Source: Felis catus
Taxonomy: Eukaryota
Direction: 5' to 3'
Assembly: GCF_018350175.1 (NCBI RefSeq)
Contig: NC_058373.1
Coordinates: 117,244,001 to 117,308,000, forward strand
Length of the DNA stretch: 64,000 bases
Part shown: one piece after another, positions 24,028-34,822 of the stretch
How positions within the stretch are numbered: the stretch's first letter is position 1
Layout of the letters: each line of letters begins with the position of its first letter
Position numbers and translations under genes: made by a program
Notes under the pieces: model-generated
Database searches by the model: none
What the model saw: the letters and a program-made list of their open reading frames with translations, nothing else
Told to the model about the DNA's origin: nothing

Positions 24028-24212
24028 TTTTATGTGTTTGTTTATTTTTGAGAGGGGGGAGGGGCAGAGAAAGGGAAGGAGGGAGACAGAGGATCTGAAG
24101 CGGGCTCTGTGCTGACAGCAGAGAGCTGGATGCGGCCTCAGACTCACGAACCATGAGATCAGGACCCGAGCTGAAGTTGGACGCTTAACCGACTGAGCCA
24201 CCCAGGCGCCCC
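24028..24212 (-). mobile_element. CAN-SINE
   Basis: Head ...gagccacccaggcgcccc; TSD aaca(g/a)ttccatt. Confidence 0.93.
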
Positions 24213-24271
24213 TATAACAATTCCATTGAAACAAGCCTCCTGTGAGCTGCCCTGCTATAGCTCCCTCCCTT

Positions 24272-24767
24272 TGTTGGGAACAACCTAGTTCTTCCCTACT
24301 GTTTCTTCCTTGTGAGTCTTCTTTACTCCTCGCACAGAACACTTCACTCCTGACACTTCTGGTCACCAGATGTGTGAAAGTTTCCCCCACACTGGGCAAT
24401 TCTATAATTCAACTCCTATATCCTATAATTCAGCTCCTCCTGGCACTATCTACATGGAGACAGCATCAGATTCCACAGATTAAGAGTTCAGTTCTACAAG
24501 ACTGTGCCCTACCCTCCACTTCAGAGGCCAGTCGCAAGCCCTAGGCTGTTACTTGTGCTTCTGACCAACCAGCTGCGGGGGAGAGGTTCCGGTGACCTCC
24601 TCAGGTTTGATTAATTTGCTAGAGAGGCTCACAGAACTCAGGGAAACACTTACCTTTACCAGTTTATTAAAAAAATACAATAAAGGATATGAATCAATAG
24701 CCAGATGAAGAGATACATAGGGCAAAGTCCCAAACAAAGGTGCTTCTGTCTTCATGGAGCTTGGGGC
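24272..24767 (-). mobile_element. MER21-like LTR fragment
   Basis: cacttctggtcaccagatgtgtg...ccacttcagaggccagtcgcaagcc...ctcaggtttgattaatttgctagag...cagaactcagggaaacactta...ccagatgaagagatacataggg. Confidence 0.8.
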
Positions 24768-25217
24768 CTTTCTCCTGACCTCTAACAACTACTAATCTAT
24801 TCTCTGTTTCTAGAAGTTGTCATTTCAAGAATGAAATCGTGTAGTATGTAATCTTGTAGGGTAGTCTTTTTTTTCCCTGAGCACAGTTGCCTCATGATTC
24901 ATCGGAGTTGCATGGATCAATCATTCATTTCTTGTTTATCTCTGAGCTGTATTCCATGGTGTGGTTGTATCACAGCTATTTAACCATTCACCTACTGAAG
25001 GACATCTGGGCTATTTCCAGCTTTTGCCTATTATACAAAAGCAAGCAGGACTTTTAAAAAACATACTTATAGTGATGTTTATGACTCCATCTTATTACAG
25101 AGTATTTATTGGGCTGAGGAGAGTAAGATTAAAGGCTTAGAGTCAATTAGGACTAAAACAAATGTTATGAACTATGACAGTCTAGCTCAAAGTAGTTTGA
25201 TTTCATTAATGTAGTTA

Positions 25218-25423
25218 AAAAATTGTTTTTAAAGTTTATTTATTTTTGAGACATAGTACAAGTGGGGGAGGGACAGAGAGAGAGGGAGACACAGAATCTG
25301 AAGCAGGCTCCAGGCTCTGAGCTGTCAACACAGAGCTCAACGCAGGGCCTGAGCTCACAAACCACAAGATCATGACCAGAGCCGAAGTCGGACGCTTAAC
25401 TGACTGAGCCACCCAGGCACTCC
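25218..25423 (-). mobile_element. CAN-SINE
   Basis: Full length; TSD taatgt(a/c)gtt. Confidence 0.93.
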
Positions 25424-26336
25424 TAATGTCGTTTATTTTTGATATTCAATCAAGCTCAACTTTAGTATTGGCCAAGGTCCATCAAGAGAATTTACCTATA
25501 GTTATGTTGTTTAGTATAGTTACGTTGTGCCCATGTTTTTAATCCGAATGATTGCTCAGAACACACTATAAACAATTTACTTTTGTTAAGTGGTTGCTCA
25601 CATATCTCATTGTGTTTCTGGCGATGTGATAGCACATGATTGGGTTTCTTTTTTGCTGCCAACCCCAATTGTTGGATGTTTAAAAAACACTAACCACCCT
25701 TATGTGCTTGGAGGTCTCTGATGAAAAGGCTGAATTAAATAAACATTCCATAATGAACAGAAGTGCCAGCACAGGCACAGTCTGTGAAATGTACAGCATA
25801 TTGACGGCCGGCCGGTTATCAGTTGAGGGACACTCAGAAACATGTGGTTATATTGGTAGGAACTGGAAGGATCCAGTCTGCTTCCCCTTGGATCCCACAG
25901 AGTATATGTGTACGTGTGTTCGTGCTCCATGTTAGCCCTGACAGGGACAGAGAAACAGAATAACTGGCATCTTATCTGCCCAGCAGGTGCTTCTGGCAAT
26001 GGTCATTTGTGATGTTGTTTTTAATAGAATTCACAAAATTTCTCTAGGAAAAACACGTTGGAACGGACAATAAAATGTCATCTGCTTCATAACTTTTTCC
26101 TAAAAGGCTTGGAGTTTTAAAAAAGCTTTCTGCTTTGATCTCCTAACAGTCTCTTGGAAATATTGTTAGTCCTCTTTGGGCCATATTTTACAATTGGAGA
26201 AACTGAAATAGAGAGACCAGATTGGTCTAGGAAAACTTTGTGGAGATAGGAAAGTGAGTTGACTCTTGCTTGCCCTAGAAAATGGGGAATTTAAAGAAGG
26301 AAATAGTCCTGGAGGATAAAAGTTGACAGCTTTGTT

Positions 26337-26483
26337 GGGGTGCCTGGGTGGCTCAGTGGGTTAAGCATCCAACTTTTGATTTCGACTCAGGTCGTGATCT
26401 CAAGGTTCATGAGATCGGGCCCCACGTCAGGCTCTGTGCTAACAGCGTGGAGCCTGCTTAGGACTCTCTCTCTCCCTCCCAAT
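26337..26483 (+). mobile_element. Tailless (3'-truncated) CAN-SINE
   Basis: Head intact, ends in the CT tract with no A-tail; perfect TSD aaagttgacagctttgtt. Confidence 0.9.
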
Positions 26484-26524
26484 AAAGTTGACAGCTTTGT
26501 TAAAGAAAAAAGTGAATGAATTGA

Positions 26525-26645
26525 TGAGGCTGGAAGCTCTTTAAAGGCAAGAATTCCCTTTCATCTGTATTCCCAGTACCTAGTTGGAGTCCAGCCCAAT
26601 GGAAGCATTCAATAAATATTTGTTTAACGCATAAATAAACGTATG
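26525..26645 (+). mobile_element. L2 3' terminus
   Basis: catctgtattcccagtacctag...attcaataaatatttgttt. Confidence 0.65.
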
Positions 26646-26726
26646 GATGACCAAACTACAATTTCTGATGTTGCCATTAAAGACACTTTTCTCAGACGGT
26701 TCCTACCCACCTTATCCTGATGGTGG

Positions 26727-28030
26727 TGTTTAAATCAAGTGTCTATGGCTGCATAACAAACTTATCCAAAACTTAGTGGCTTATGAAAGTAGTTCTGGGG
26801 ATTCACTGGATGCACCTGGACAGTTCCTTTGGTTGTCCTTGACATTTCTCTTGCAGTTGGATAGCAGCTGGGATGGAATTTCTGGAATTTCCACTTGGCT
26901 ACAGGGATGTCAGGCCCCCTTTCTCTCCAGGTGGCCTCAGGGCCTTTCCTCTGTCTATGGCCTTTCCAGCAAAGTACCTGAACATCTAACTTGGTGGCCC
27001 AGGGCTCTCAGAAAGTCCAAGGTGGAAGCTTTCAGGTTTTTCAAAGGCTCAGGCCTGGAAACATCAATAAGCCACTTCCTCTGCCTTCTTTTAGTTAAAC
27101 AGTCATGGGAGCCAGCTCAGATTTAAAAGGAGGGGTAATAAATCCCACCTTTTGATGGGGCTCCACTGTGGTTTTCCATCAAGTCTCCAACACTGGATGT
27201 TTTACAACATGGTTTCCATCCAGTCGTCCGACACTGGATGTTTTACAATTCACTCAATTCTAACACTAACCACCTAGAGTTAGCACAGACCCCACAGGTT
27301 AAGGGCTCAGTCCCTCATAAGTGCCTCCCACTTCAGATACCGGCCACAAGTGAGGGTATTCCCAAGTCATCCACATTTCTGTCCAGCCAATTGTAAATTA
27401 GGAGGTTCCCCCAACTCTACCTCAGGTTTAGTTATTCACTCAGAAAACTCAGGAAAATGCTATATTTAAGATAACACTTTGTTATAAAGGACACAAATGA
27501 ACAACCAGATGAAGTGGGGCATGGCGGGGGGGGGGGGCAGTGCAGAAGGATCCTGAGTGCAGGAGCCTCTGTCCCCTTGGAGTTAGGGTACACCACCCCC
27601 CAGGTACATCAATATGCTCACCGATCAGGAAGCTCCCCAAACCCCATTGTTCAAGAGTGTTTATGGAGGTTGTGTTGACTAGGAATGATTCATTAAATCA
27701 TTGGTCATTGGTGGTTGAACTCCATCCCCTCCCCCTCTCCAGAGGTAGAGGGAGGGGGTTGAAAGTTCTAGCCCTGTACTGCTGTGTGTGGCCAACCCCT
27801 GTTTTGAAACTATCTAAGGGCCCACCTTGAGTTACCATGATAGCATAAACTCAGGTATAGTCCAGAGGGATTCATTATGAATAACAAAAAATCACTCCTA
27901 TTATTCAGGAAATTTCAAGGGTTTTTAAAGCTCTGTGGCAGGAACCAGAAATGGGGACAAAGGCAACATGTATTTTTATCGTATTATAGGGGTAATGACA
28001 AAGGATTTGTGGCTACCTTTAGTCCACCAT
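26727..28030 (-). mobile_element. Old MaLR (MLT1) LTR, split by a MER21-like LTR
   Basis: tatggctgcataacaaacttatccaaaacttagtggctta...ccaccttttgatgggg; resumes at about 27990 with aaggatttgtggctacctttagtccacca. Confidence 0.7.
27167..27988 (-). mobile_element. MER21-like LTR
   Basis: caattctaacactaaccacctagagttagcacagaccccacaggttaagggctcagtcc...gaaatttcaagggtttttaaagctctgtggcaggaacc; ~40-bp tandem duplication at the left end. Confidence 0.8.
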
Positions 28031-28117
28031 GCTGGTCCTCCACAGACTCAAGCAGGCCTATCACTTTACCCAAAATAGATGGAATTCTAAGAGTGACTGT
28101 TTTCCTGTCATGTACTT

Positions 28118-28517
28118 TGTTAAATAATAAAAATTCAACCCATACATTTTACAGATCTAAGTGACTTTGATAAGCATGATTCACAAATCGGGCAGCATCC
28201 CATCTAGCAAGTAGAGGAAAGCCCCAAGGAGTTGTACAAAATTTATAGGAAGGAGGGTGGGACGGTAAGTTCTTAGCGAAAGAAAAGATTGTTTCAGGCA
28301 GGGCCACCTTCCCTGAGGGGAAAGGGCAGGGGTACTATTAGGTGGATCTGCCCACATGACAGATTCCTCACTGATGCTGATCAGAAAATTCCTGACTGAC
28401 CAGTTAAAACTACATTTCTGCAGAAGGTTGAAATGGCAGTTAGATTAGGTATTGAGTCCTGGTTTGGTGACCTGGCCTATGTGATGCCATTTTGGGCCTG
28501 TGGTTTTCTTTTTAACA
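28118..28517 (-). repeat. 3' LTR of provirus
   Basis: tgttaaataataaaaattc...ggttttctttttaaca; TG..CA ends; preceded on the minus strand by purine tract gaaaagaaaggaat (PPT). Confidence 0.93.
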
Positions 28518-28778
28518 ATTCCTTTCTTTTCATCAGACTCCCAGCTTAATTGAGAGATGTGATCAAAATTTAAGACATTAGCTCCACTCTCAGCTACTGT
28601 TGAGAAGTTCTCATAGTTTTTGTTGTTCTTTGGGATCCAGAGGTCATGATATTTTTGCTTAACTTCTGGGACCTTCATAGGTCATGGCTTTGGGTTCACA
28701 TTCTTTAAGTTGGTAATTTTTCTTGTTCCTTTTTTGACATTCCGTTCTTAGGGAGATCATTTGCTTGGTGGTTCGTGG

Positions 28779-29523
28779 CTACAAACATGCATTTAAATGT
28801 TTGGAGAGAATACAATGTACCAGGGAGATTATTATGAATACTAAAAGCAAGATAATTCCCAGTGTTTGGAGTGCACTTCAGAGCCATGGTCTCCAAGACC
28901 CAAACCAATCAAAGAAAGACCCTGTTGAAGGAATTACCCTTTCAGCCTAACTGGCTTGCTCCATGATTTTATATAAATTAGTTTCACCTTCCCCAGATGT
29001 GTTGCTCCAGGTATAGCAGGTGGTATTAACTACAGTACAGACACCTCCTTGCTCAGCTAAAAGATACTCAAGGGCTCTCCTATTATCAAGAACAATTTTT
29101 GCCAGAGAGTCTAAGGATCTTTGTCAGGTTATTATTGCTTTAGCAGTGGATTCTGCGACAATTTCAGGAATTAAGGAGGAATTCCTCATCGGGCCTTATT
29201 TACATTTATTCCAAAACAAAGAAATAGAGACCTATCAAAAGGAGTGAATCTTGAATCATGAAAGCCTCCTGGTAGGTACTTTCTAATTCAATAATGTAAA
29301 TTCAGGGGAGTCAGCCAATGAGATGTCTTGTTTTGCTTGTGAAAAGTTAGGGCCACAGTTAGGTTTTCTTGTAGCCTGAAATAAAAGGTTGTTCTAAATT
29401 CTGGAATTTGCCCCCCCCCTCCCCCCCCCACCAAGCAAGGGCCTGGGAGATATAGATGGGGACATTATCTTTCCAGGCTAATGCCAGAGTAAAGTAAAGG
29501 AAAAGAAAGAGAAAAGGTTTCAT
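28779..29523 (-). pseudogene. env: Decayed env: signal peptide, nearly all SU deleted, TM subunit
   Basis: MKPFLFLFLYFTLALAWKDNVPIYISQALA; ...RKYLPGGFHDS...; immunosuppressive domain LDNRRALEYLLAEQGGVC; CX6CC as CTVVNTTCY; anchor LGIILLLVFIIISLV; several in-frame stops. Confidence 0.9.
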
Positions 29524-29613
29524 GTTCAGTTAAAGTATGAAGTCTTTATCTGTTGTCTTGGGCAGAAGTAATCAACCTTGATGTCAGCTACTTATCTTCC
29601 TCATCAATTTGAT

Positions 29614-30780
29614 TCAAAGGTCTCCAGCGTCTTCTAATTTTGAAGAGGTGTCAGTGGTCAGGAGCACTTGATAAGGGCCCTTCCAGTGGAGCTCCAACAC
29701 TCTCTTCGTCTGATAACATTTCCAGAATACCCAATCACCATGCTCTAGATTGTGACCAACAAGAACCCCTGAATTGGAATCTGGAAAGACTTCTTTAACC
29801 TGTTGGTGACAGGCTTGAGCATAAGATCTCAGAGACTTAGAATAGCTGGTCACAGTAGCATGAGATAACAAAGGGCAAGCAGAAGGCTGCATAGACATTG
29901 GTCTGCTGGTGACTCTTTCATGTAGAGTGAGTTTGTTTCTTAAAGGGGGAACTTCAAATAGTCAACAGGACCAAGGGCATTACCTTAGCTCAGGGAAGTC
30001 CAATAGTTTCAGCACATTTAGAAACTTTAAGTTGGAGGATCTCTCAACCTTGTCTGACGATTGAAGTGATAAGGACAGTGATAATTCAAAGAAGTTTGCA
30101 AGGTTTTCATCAAGGTTTGTAAGATTTGTTCAGTGAGATGGTTTCCTTGATGACTGGAGATTATGGAAGGTTCCCAGTGAGAAACACATTCTCTAACGGT
30201 TTCTTTGCTACCATGATGGCATCAGCTTTGTAGCAGTGGAAGGCCTCAGACCATCAGGAAAACACACAAACAGTAATAAAAACACTGTGACAACCCTCAC
30301 TAAGTGGCATCTGAATGAAGTCTAGTTGTTGGTGTTCTAAGGATCCAGGGACAGGAGGTCTGAGGCCTCTGGGGACAAAAGTAATTTTTCCAGGACTATG
30401 GACTTGACTAGTTACACATTGCTGGTGACTATTTTTTGCAATTTTGTGCAAGTCTCCCCACCAATGTCTGTTAGTAATTTGAGACATCTTAAATGCCCTG
30501 TAGTGGGGTGGAGGAATGTAAAAATGGAAACATGGGGTTTTCCAGGGAGCCGGGAAGAACCAAGTGCCCACCTTGGGTTTCCCATAACCATGGCCATTCA
30601 TTGAATTTATAGTCATTATTTTACCATTTTGATGTTTCTGATCTGGGAGCCAACTGTCACCATGTTGCAAGGACATCGTGACGGCAAAAGTCTGGCAATA
30701 AGGGGTCATTTTTGTAGAAGCAGAATGGACTTTATCCACATGTGCCATAACCTTTACAGACTCTGTTGCTGTTTGGCTTT
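29614..30780 (-). pseudogene. pol: Decayed pol integrase region
   Basis: HWWGDLHKIAK...CVTSQVHSPGK...QLDFIQMP...VCVFS*WSEAF; C-terminal GDWVFWK...HWKGPYQVLLTTDT (GPY/F motif). Confidence 0.9.
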
Positions 30781-31606
30781 TCATGAGAGTCAGCTAATCA
30801 CATATTAAATTTTTTTCCCCAAGATTCCTTTTTCACTCTCCTTAGTGGCTTTAATTACATATATTAGAGGTTTTTTTTAATGCTTAGAAACCTTAATTTC
30901 TAGTGAAAACCAAGTAGTAAGCAATTGTGAACTGATATACCAGCATGTACCTTTTTAATTTTCCAGCGTAGCACAAACACATCCAAATATCTTTTACTTT
31001 CTCTGTAATAAGAAGCGAAAGTAGAGACACCTATGTTCAGTAATTAATATTTTGGTATTTTATCTTATTTGGAAATGATCTAAGTAGTAAATGAATTTAA
31101 CTTATCATTTCACCGAACTCAGCAAAACTTTAAGGTTTTAGGTTGCCAAAAAGATTTGGGAGACTATTTAAAAGTTTGCCTAAAATTTAAAATTTTCTTT
31201 ACATCTATTCGATTTACTTGTTCTTAATAATTCTGCTTGAATCGCCCATAAAAATGTAATGAGACATCAAAGTCAGTCATTCTCCCAAGCTAGCTTTAAA
31301 GAACATTTTGTAACAGATAACATCAACTCACTTGACTTTAAGTAAACCCAGGCAGAATAAAAGTTGTAATTTTAATGTTGATAACTCTAAAGACATGTCT
31401 AATTAAACCAAAAACCAAATATTTTCCCAGATCGTGTGAACTTGAAAAAACATTTGTATTAGTTTCTATCTTTCTGAGAATTTTAGAATGCCTAATCCTT
31501 ACAAGTGCTTGCCTTCAAAATAACTAAATAGAGCTCTTTTACAAATTAATTTTAGCAGTACCGTCCAGAGGTAGAAAAATATCTCACACCTACAGCATAT
31601 ACATGT

Positions 31607-31607
<1 letters not shown>

Positions 31608-31640
<33 letters not shown>
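31608..31640 (+). repeat. (CA)n microsatellite within ERV internal region
   Basis: About 16 CA units. Confidence 0.95.
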
Positions 31641-31644
<4 letters not shown>

Positions 31645-31764
31645 CAATGCAAAGACCCTGTAGTTTACTAATGTTTGAGGAGAAGATTTTTAAGATTTGT
31701 ATTTGTTCCTGGAATTAATCTTAAGGAGGCTGTGCTATAGAACTCTTTTGGCAGTTTGTATTTT

Positions 31765-31882
31765 ATTTTATTTTTTAAGATTCCTTATTTTTAAGTAATC
31801 TTCACACCCAAGGTGGGACTTGAACTCACAACCCCGAGATCAAGAGTGGCACACTGCACCCACTGAGCCAGCCAGGCGCCCC
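31765..31882 (-). mobile_element. Short older CAN-SINE inserted in the provirus
   Basis: ttttaagtaatcttcacacccaaggtgggacttgaactcacaaccccgagatcaagagt...gagccagccaggcgcccc; degenerate TSD gca(g/a)tttgt(a/g)tttt. Confidence 0.88.
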
Positions 31883-32879
31883 TAGCAATTTGTGTTTTAA
31901 AAAGACTGCTTGCTTCTTTTTCTTTCTTTCTCCTTCAGCCTCAGATGATTGTGGGCTACGCTTACATTTCAAAGACATAAGATTTAAAACTTTAAGGGAC
32001 AAAGAAAGACTGCAAGTTCCCCCCAAGATGGACTTTGGTTTCCCAGAGCCAATAATTGACAAGCCAGCTGTTTGAGATAAATGGGAAGTTTTGGGAGTAG
32101 TAGAGGAATAGGTGAATTTTGAATTGCCTCTATAGCTGCATTTCTGGTTTTGTAAAGTTTTGTAAGATAAGGACTATTATTTCAATTCCTCAAAGACTTG
32201 GGTTGTAACTTAAATGACATCATATGTTGGTCTATGCTTCCAACTACACTATTCTCAATTGGCTTCTTTCCCTCGGGGCACATAGTTCTAATTTTAAGTA
32301 TTTCTGGCAGTATTGAATTACCTGCCTTGGGTGTAACAGATGTCCCCAAAGAGTGTGCAAAGGATACTACCTTCTCAAGATCCAGAGTCATTCCTGAAGA
32401 TATAGCCAAAAGAAAGAACCAACAACCCATGTGTCCCAGGCAGGCAGAAAGCCAAGCCTAGTTATGCAAATTGAGACAAACAAGAAGGCAATAGCTGTCC
32501 CCAGGAGGGAGAGGATCAGTGAATGACCTATGGGCTTAGATTTGGAAAGGAAGGAACAGTGTGAAATTTCATTTTCCTTTCTTGACTGGGCACCACAGAC
32601 AGAGACAGAGAAGAACAGATTCTGGTGAAATTTTCACCCTCCCCTGGCTTCTGCCAGTTTTTCTAGGATCCCTCCTGCAGGCTGGTATCTACCAGAGTTT
32701 CTCCTTGGCTGTTTAAAGGAACAGCATGCAGTTTACCAGACAATCCCTCAGTTTTGTCAACTCTGGGAGGGGTCTGTAAGGGAACCCTCCTCCTGAGATA
32801 GGTATAGGGGTGTCCGTAAGGCCATTAACTCAGCAGACTTTTGTTTATGATTGTGTAGTCTCTTCAGAGTGGAAAAACA

Positions 32880-33498
32880 ATTCAGACTAGAATGAGTTCT
32901 CAAAGGAGGATAGAGGGGAGCCGTGGGAGTTAGGTGAGTCTTACAGTCTTTTGTTTTAGGTCTCTCTCACATCTTTAATTTTTCATCAGCCTTTTGCAGT
33001 AAGTCTTTCAATGAAACTACTTTGGAATCCTGAGACCTTTTGCGGGCTTCGGCTTGCCAATTAAAGTAGGTATCCCATTTTGTTTAATTTGGGAACCCTT
33101 GCTTTTAAGTGTACTTCTTAAATGAACCATCTTGTCTAATTGGAACATTCCACATAATGGCCATTGTATTTGTGAGTTGAAGTTCCCCTGTGGGCTGGCA
33201 GCAGTTTGGTAGGTCCCTAGCTGCAAATGGAATTAACCCATATTTCTTTCCAGCCACATCCATCTACAGAGGGGTGCAACTCACATTTCTGTCTGGCCTT
33301 ATTTTGGGTCCCCCAGCCTGACAATTGCCAAACCAAATTCTTCAGGACACAAAACAAGCTTATGACAATTTTGCTGTTCCTCCCCACCCTCACCCCCCCA
33401 AGGTACCTGCAACTTTCAGGACTATAATTCTTAGACATAAAATAAGCAGGTGTGCCTGAAGGTAGTGCACTTGAATCTTTAGAATTTAAGGATCCCAG
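32880..33498 (-). pseudogene. gag: Decayed gag N-terminus (matrix)
   Basis: xGSLNSK...PSGTPA / FMSKNYSPESCRYL ... QWPLCGMFQLDKMVHLRSTL, located downstream of the PBS and leader; frameshifted and interrupted. Confidence 0.7.
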
Positions 33499-34380
33499 CA
33501 GCTAAGCCTTTGAGTTTCTCAGAGTCAAACTGATACCTGAAAGGGATATGCTGCTGGGTTGGGGATAGTTTGTGTTTTACAGTGTCCCTCATTGCATGAA
33601 AGCTTTCTTGAGGTTGGGAGTGACCCAGGATCAATCTAACTCATTGCATGACCAATTTATCCTGTCATGAGAGTCTTCTTGAAGTGGTGAATGCCCTAAC
33701 AGCCTTGAAATGCTTGGCCTGTGCCCACCAATCTTTGCAGGTTTCTGGCTTCCGAGGATTCCCTTGGCAATAACTTTTACTGCACAAAACAAGACAGACA
33801 AACATGTGCACCTTAACATCTCTGCAGTAAGCCAAGGGATGTTACTGACTCCTGGCCACGAGAAGGCCCTGTGTGCACTACCACCAATTCCTGTGGAACC
33901 ATGGACTGGGCAAGTGATTAAACCAGCAAACCCCAAGGGATGGGGACTGTGGACTGATTCCAAACAAAATGGAGAAAGACAGCTGCTGCCAGCAGTTCCC
34001 AGTGTGGAATCCAGGGATAGAACTAAGGTCTAGGGTTTTCCCTCTGGGGAACTGTGGTCTGAAAGGCTACAGGCTTGAGCTCTGGGAAGACCCTTCTGCC
34101 AGCTCAGTTGGGCCCCGGGCAAAACTACCCACTCAGCTGGGTTCCGGGCAGAATTGCCTGCCCAGTTGGGCTCCGAGCATAATTGTCTTCCAGCTCAGGC
34201 TGACCACCCCTGTAAAGGAAAGCCAATTAGATGGAGACCTTGTACCCAACAGGAGTGGAGCTCAGAACTGAGAGGGGCTTCAGCCTTCGGAAACAGCGAG
34301 AAAGACAGTAAACCCAGACGGTTCATGGGGTACCACACCTGGGTTTCCTGTCCTCGGATGCCATTGGAAGTTCGCTTCAG

Positions 34381-34398
34381 ATCCCAGCACTGCCACCA
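34381..34398 (-). promoter_or_regulatory. Primer binding site, tRNA-Leu
   Basis: Minus-strand TGGTGGCAGTGCTGGGAT, 4 nt inside the 5' LTR boundary; 16/18 to the complement of the tRNA-Leu(AAG/TAG) 3' end TGGTGGCAGCGGTGGGAT (recalled). Confidence 0.8.
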
Positions 34399-34402
34399 AA
34401 TC

Positions 34403-34822
34403 TGTTAAATAATAAAAATTCAATTACGTAATTTTAAAGATCCAGTTGGCTTTATTAACCAATTCATGAATCAGTCGGTCTCCATCTAGCACGTAGAGGG
34501 GGCTCTGAGGAGTTGTACGCATGGAAGGTTTTTATAGGAAGGAGGGTGGTACAATAAGTTCTTAGCAAAAGAAAAGAAAGGATAGTTTGACCTTGGCAGA
34601 AGGGCAGGAGATCTTACTAGGTGGACTCCCTTATCTTTTGGGGGACGGAGAGGGCCCATGTGACAGATTAACTCACAGATGCTGATCAGAAAATTCCTGA
34701 CTATCCAGCCAAGACTACATTTCTGGGGGAAGTTAGAACTGCAGTTAGGTTGGGCATTGAGTCCCGGTTTGGTGACCTGGCCTAGGTGACACTATTTTGG
34801 GCCTGTGGTTTTCTTTTTAACA
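34403..34822 (-). repeat. 5' LTR of provirus
   Basis: Direct repeat of 28118-28517 with identical termini; substantially diverged internally. Confidence 0.93.

Larger units (their letters stand above)
23855..25045 (-). mobile_element. Old L1 (L1MC/MB-like) 3' end with nested SINE and LTR
   Basis: gtcacatgcagttgtgaaaaataatacaaagagatcc...ggtaacatctta...; resumes at about 24770 with aactactaatctattctctgtttcta...gacatctgggctatttccag. Confidence 0.8.
28118..34822 (-). mobile_element. Endogenous retrovirus, class I (gamma-like / MER4-group-like), two-LTR defective provirus
   Basis: Paired LTRs, PBS, PPT, and gag-IN-env order on the minus strand; 4-bp flanks actt / gctt (TSD with one mismatch). 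Confidence 0.92.

Noticed and set aside
28779..29523. Syncytin-like co-opted env
   Set aside because: Multiple stops, a frameshift, SU deleted and CX6CC broken
30254..30784. Longest ORF (176 aa) as a domesticated integrase
   Set aside because: Zinc-finger cysteine lost (CVTS), stop shortly after the first catalytic Asp, frameshifts downstream
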